Below the pieces are notes generated by a model, which searched no databases, was not told the DNA's origin, and saw only the letters and a list, made by a program, of their open reading frames with translations. DNA of 62,585 nucleotides, filler included, from Collodictyon triciliatum (lineage: Eukaryota): the NCBI GenBank assembly GCA_043381765.1. It is 8 parts of 8 records of this genome, joined end to end, with 100 filler letters (N's around TTAATTAATTAA, not from the genome) between each part and the next. Parts side by side here need not be neighbours in the genome. Positions count along the whole stretch, not along the records: positions 57,794 to 62,585 come from JBHJMP010003613.1; 7 more parts are not named here. One strand, 5' to 3'. This document shows positions 57,944 to 62,585 of this stretch, one piece after another. Made by a program: the position numbers and the translations under genes. Positions within the stretch are counted from its first letter, which is position 1. Every line of letters begins with the position of its first letter.

Positions 57944-60900
57944 ATGGGAGACTTCCTGAATGAGACTCACGACTCTGACTTTGAAAGTAAACGACTTTGT
58001 TGCCCATTTCTGCTCATTTTTTGTGTCTTGTGATTTCACCTTTGTATTTGTTTCTTTTCTTTTCTTTATTTGTTTGTTTATTTATTTTCTTTATTTTCTT
58101 TATTTTCTTTATTTTCTTTATTTTCTTTATTTTCTTTATTTCTTGCAACGCTCATATTCTCGTGCAGACGAGTTTAGCGAACACACAGCCAACTCGGACG
58201 ACGACACAAACACGAGTATCCACTCGACTCCATCTACGGTGGCTGGGCAAACAACAAAGTCTGAATCATCCTACACACGAATTACGGTTAAAGTCGACGG
58301 ATATCCTGCCTCTGATTCATCCATGACCCCAACATCGTCCGGAAATGTACGAACTCCGCCAGTTTCTCGCCATCGAAAGACTTTGAGTCTGGACAAGTAA
58401 GAAGCGTAATTGTATGGTTGATTTCTTGAAATCTAACTACGAAAGTAACAAATGTATCCCTGAACAATACTAGCCTCGTCCCATTATAACTTAAGTTATT
58501 TTATGGTCAGTGCCAAACATGAATGGGGTGGAAAGCTCAACAAGTTTATGGAGAAGTTAAAGGGAACAGGTTACATTTCGAATGACACTCATCACACCAA
58601 CTGCTCACCCCTTTGTGCGGCTAATTTTATGTTGGGCTTGAAATATCAGAACCCAGATTAACATCACAACTCTATATATGTATGTATCGGTGTAGAAAAA
58701 GCAGATGGATCTCAAAGGATGGCAGACGCGGCCACAAGGGAACAAACAATTATGAACGTGAAAGAGATATGGGATACAGAAATAATCCCCCATTTTCACG
58801 AACAGTAAGCTGATTCCATATCTTGCTTTTGGAATATTGGTATGATAAACTATCAGCAGCATTAAGTTCAGCACACTTTTAGAAAAGGAACAAAGCGATT
58901 CAGAGAACTTGTCTGGAAGGGTATTCCCACAAAACATCGGGGTAGAGCCTGGTTTCTTGCCATCGGAAACAGTATGAATATTACCGACGGTCAGTAGAGA
59001 GAAGTAGAAAGTAGAATCATAAGCATCTACATTTTTTTTTGTTTGTTTGTTTGCTTCAATAAAGAAACCCAAAGAAAATACCTCATAATTATTCCTATAC
59101 CTAGAGTTATATCATATTATGGTCAAAAATGCCAGAACAAGTCGAAATGCTGTTGAAGCCGCCTTTAAGGTTTGCGTGTGCATTTTTCACTCTTTCGCTC
59201 CTATTCTTATTTTCGTGGTATCTAAAAAAAAAATGTGAACTGAAAATTTTCGATAAATTTGAAGTTGGGGTATTTTGCTTCTAGAATGATATGATAGTCT
59301 TATCTCTATGGTAAATATATAAACTCATGTCCTAACAGCGAGGATTAAGTGAGGAAGATATTGAACTAATGTTCCCTGGAAAGATGAATAGCCTTTCGTT
59401 AATTAAACTCGATCTTGAGAGAACGTTTCCTGAGCTTGGATTTTTTCACCAAGGAGTGAGATTTAATATACCTTTTATCCAATTATATGAATTAGTAATA
59501 CGCACAAACTTATCCCCACACAAGAAAATGTGTTGATTAAGCATATGTATTCATTCGTATATTTATTATGTTCATTGAATCGTAATTTTCACACCACGTT
59601 TTTTAGACACCTGAATTTGAGTCGCTTCAAGATGTTTTGGAAGCATATGTTGCATATCGTCCAGACATGGGCTACGTACGTTCCATTAATAACCTATATC
59701 GATATAGAATGAGTATTAATACCTCGTCAATTTTTCAGTCTTATCATTATTATTATTATTATTTGCCATAGGTTCAAGGTTGGTAGAGTTAGATCCGTGT
59801 AACGAAATTGCATTCGTTAGATAAGCATAAGGAACCATCAGCCATATCACATCAAATTGATTCACTAACATCGAAATATATGTTACATCAAACCCTCTAT
59901 TTATCCGGCCCCAACACTGCATAGGAATGTCTTACATAGCTGGAATGTTGTTGCTGAATATGTCCGCTTATGAATCATTTGTTTGCATGGCACATTTGCT
60001 CAACTCCAACCATATGAGGGCACTCTTCAGAATGGAATCTCCTGATGTAAGAGAGCCATGTAAACCGACGATATCAGTAGAAGGGGGCCGATGTCCCAAA
60101 TATTTGAGTTTTTCAAATGTGAAACGTCCTTTTTCTCAGCTTTCTATTGATCATAGATTGACCTTCGCTTCGCAGTTTTTGACCATCTCCTAGCTGAATA
60201 CCTCCCCGAAACATCAAAGTAATTTTTATTAGTGAAAGAATTGTTCCTGGTGGGTAAATCCCAAAAAAAAAAAAAAAAAAATTAAAATAGTAATGGTCTT
60301 TGTTTCCTGAAATTCTCCAGAAAAAATAATTGGTGGAATGTTACTTATATTGTGTAGGTATTTGACTGAACTGAGTATTTCATCAAATCTCTATGTCGTG
60401 GAATGGTGAGGAATCTTATCTCGAATTCTCGGATAATATTTTTGAATCGAATATTAATCACCAATCGTGAGCCATATTTTTTCTTAAGGTCTAATCCATA
60501 AATGATTCGGATTATGATAAGGTTCATGACCATTTTTGCGCGCTTGCTGAATCTCGAGTTGTCTTCTCGTCTTTGGGACCTATACGTTCTTGATGGAGAA
60601 ATTTTTGCTTTTCGGGCATCTTTGGGTAAACATTGTCATGCTTCACTTTTCCCACAAATGATTATAGTTAAGACATTATAATGATACAATTTCTTAAATT
60701 TCATTATAGTATTAAAAAAAAAAAAAAGACAAAGCATTCACGTGTTTCTTTTCTGTCGAATAATTGCTCTGCTGTCACTTGACTGTACTTTTTTGTTTGA
60801 TTTATTTTCTTCTTGCTCAGGTATTATGAAAGTTCTAAGTCCAAAATTGATCGGTTCTTCATTTGAGGAGTGTTTGGGTGTGCTTCTGAATATACCTAAG

Positions 60901-61173
60901 GTTTCTTTTTTTTTCCTTTTATCTTAATTCCTTCCCGACATCCTACTCATAAAACATACGATAATGTTTTTTTTTCTACCTTTTCAGGAGCCTTCAGTTC
61001 ATACATTCTCTCCGAATAAATTATTTTCTAAATCAAAAGAGTAATTTTCTCTGCAACAACACCAGGAAATGAGCGAATCAAGAACTGTTAAGATTATCCG
61101 ATCAGTAAGTTTGACTCCAGCAAGATATCAGGCGGCGATTACATCATGCAAAAGAGCCTTAAGCATTAATTAG
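57944..61173 (+). CDS. Rab-GAP TBC domain protein, TBC1D12/TBC1D14-like; multi-exon
   Basis: RELVWKGIPTKHRGRAWFLAIGN; LIKLDLERTFPELGFF; VLEAYVAYRPDMGY|VQ|GMSYIAGMLLLNM; LYVVEW|FMTIFAR..SRLWDLYVLDGE; stop TAG at 61171-61173. Start inferred. Confidence 0.9.
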
Positions 61174-61327
61174 ACATGTAAACCCTTGTGTACCATCCGC
61201 CAGTCTTTTCTCCAAATTTTATGTTTTCTGTGGAAAGTGATTGTTCTATCCTCATTTTTTTTTCACCCTCTCATTTTTTTGGAGAACAATCAGTCTGCTG
61301 GAAATATTAGGGTGTCACAGTGCCGTT

Positions 61328-62324
61328 TCAAATCAGAGTCTTTCTTAACCATTGGAATGCCTTACTGATTTTTTTATTTCATTTCCGAAGTTCTCTCTAT
61401 TTTCACTCCGATATTTATTCGTTACCAATCGCATCTTCTCTCCTTCTCGCCCTCTAGAAATCTCGGGCGATGTAAATCTTGCTCAAAAAGAGTCCGAGGA
61501 ATAAAACTTTGAGAAAAAATTATCGTATAACAAACCGATACATTTTTCCACTATCGTCTCTATTATTCACCAAATCAAAGCATCACATTGTCATCGCGAA
61601 AATCTACACTTTGTCTCTTAAGTATATACGAGTATGGCATCATTTTGCGACTTTTTTTTTTTTATTAAACCAGTCAGTGAGGAAAAGTACAAGCCAGGTA
61701 TTCCGGCTCCGATTTCTTATGTCTGTCTCACAGTCGCGCCTTATCCACGATATGCTATCTTATCTTTGACAACAAGAAATGCATTGTTTCCGTCGATGTG
61801 TTCAAAAGAAGAGGATATTAGCGAATATCCAATGTGTTCGTGTTATATTATATCGTTCTTTTTTTATGTAAAATTATCTGGCGCTTACTGAAAGGTTCTG
61901 GGCGCTGTCATTTTAGCTCAACTGTTTGTTGATTAATACGTGTGTCCTTTATTGCTTCCCATGTAACCTTGAAGAGACTTCACCGCGCATGCTTGTTTAC
62001 TGATTTTATTTATTTATATATCTATCAAAAAAAAAGCTCACCAAGGTGCTCAAAATCGTCTTTTTGAATGCTTTTGACATCATCTTCATTTAACCCTTTT
62101 TCCTTAGGATTTTCCCAGTCCTACTTCCGCCGGGCTCTATTGACACAGCTGCTCTAAGCTTTCAATTGCGCGCTGTACTTGAGAATTATATGCAACCATT
62201 ACAATCATCTATATGTATATTTCGCTGGCTATTAGATATCTTCGAACGCCAACCTCTGTAATGATAATAATAAAATATATTCCAGATATGAATTCTCCCT
62301 TCATGGTTGTGGTTTTTTGTGTTT
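61328..62324 (-). CDS. Possible short multi-exon gene of unknown function
   Basis: Exon-like open segments with GT donors (DWENPKEKGLNEDDVKSIQKDDFEHL; LFKVTWEAIKDT; ISWIRRDCETDIRNRSRNTWLVLFLTD; AFQWLRKTLI*); no family recognised. Confidence 0.25.
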
Positions 62325-62446
62325 CCCATTTCGACGTGGCAGACAAATCAGATTCTTCTGCGGGATGATCAATGAATCGGATGTCCCTGGCCGAAAGCAA
62401 ACGAAGCGCGCTGCTGTGAGAGGCTCCGTTCTTTCTCGCCAAAGCG

Positions 62447-62585
62447 TCTTTTATGTCTTTTATGTCTTTTGTGTCTTTTTTATGTCTTTTTTATGTCTTT
62501 TTTTATGTCTTTTTTTATGTCTTTTTTTATGTCTTTTTTATGTCTTTTTTTATGTCTTTTTTTATGTCTTTTTTTATGTCTTTTT
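62447..62585. repeat. (TnATGTC)n low-complexity repeat
   Basis: Direct inspection. Confidence 0.95.

Overview
Eukaryotic (protist-type), intron-rich genomic DNA. The window is not one locus. It is eight unrelated contigs (seven of 8155-8158 bp, the last cut by the window end) joined by artificial 100-bp spacers (44 N + TTAATTAATTAA + 44 N), so adjacency across spacers means nothing. Recognisable genes: TSET/TPLATE subunit TCUP/TML, an intronless stand-alone CHASE membrane protein, meiotic HOP1/ASY1, QTRT1 (3' part), ASF1 (3' part), USO1/p115, a three-module LRR protein ending in a CaaX box with one in-frame TGA, a theta-class GST, a multi-C2 + LRR protein, a TMX-type thioredoxin, a claudin/amastin-like 4-TM protein, a secreted PI-PLC-X + lectin-like protein and a TBC1D12/14-like RabGAP with a 7-nt microexon. 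The most interesting signal is a dispersed L1/Tx1-like non-LTR retroelement family (seven pieces on four contigs). Reconstructed across copies, its ORF2 appears to end in a full PCNA-binding PIP-degron (QFLITDYFSATR). Its ORF1, carried on an apparently ORF1-only (HAL1-like) unit, ends in a p21-like PIP box with CDK sites and an NLS. Two 45-51-bp 3'-end insertions with perfect 17-bp target-site duplications suggest recent activity. Gene models were read by eye and exon boundaries are approximate unless stated.
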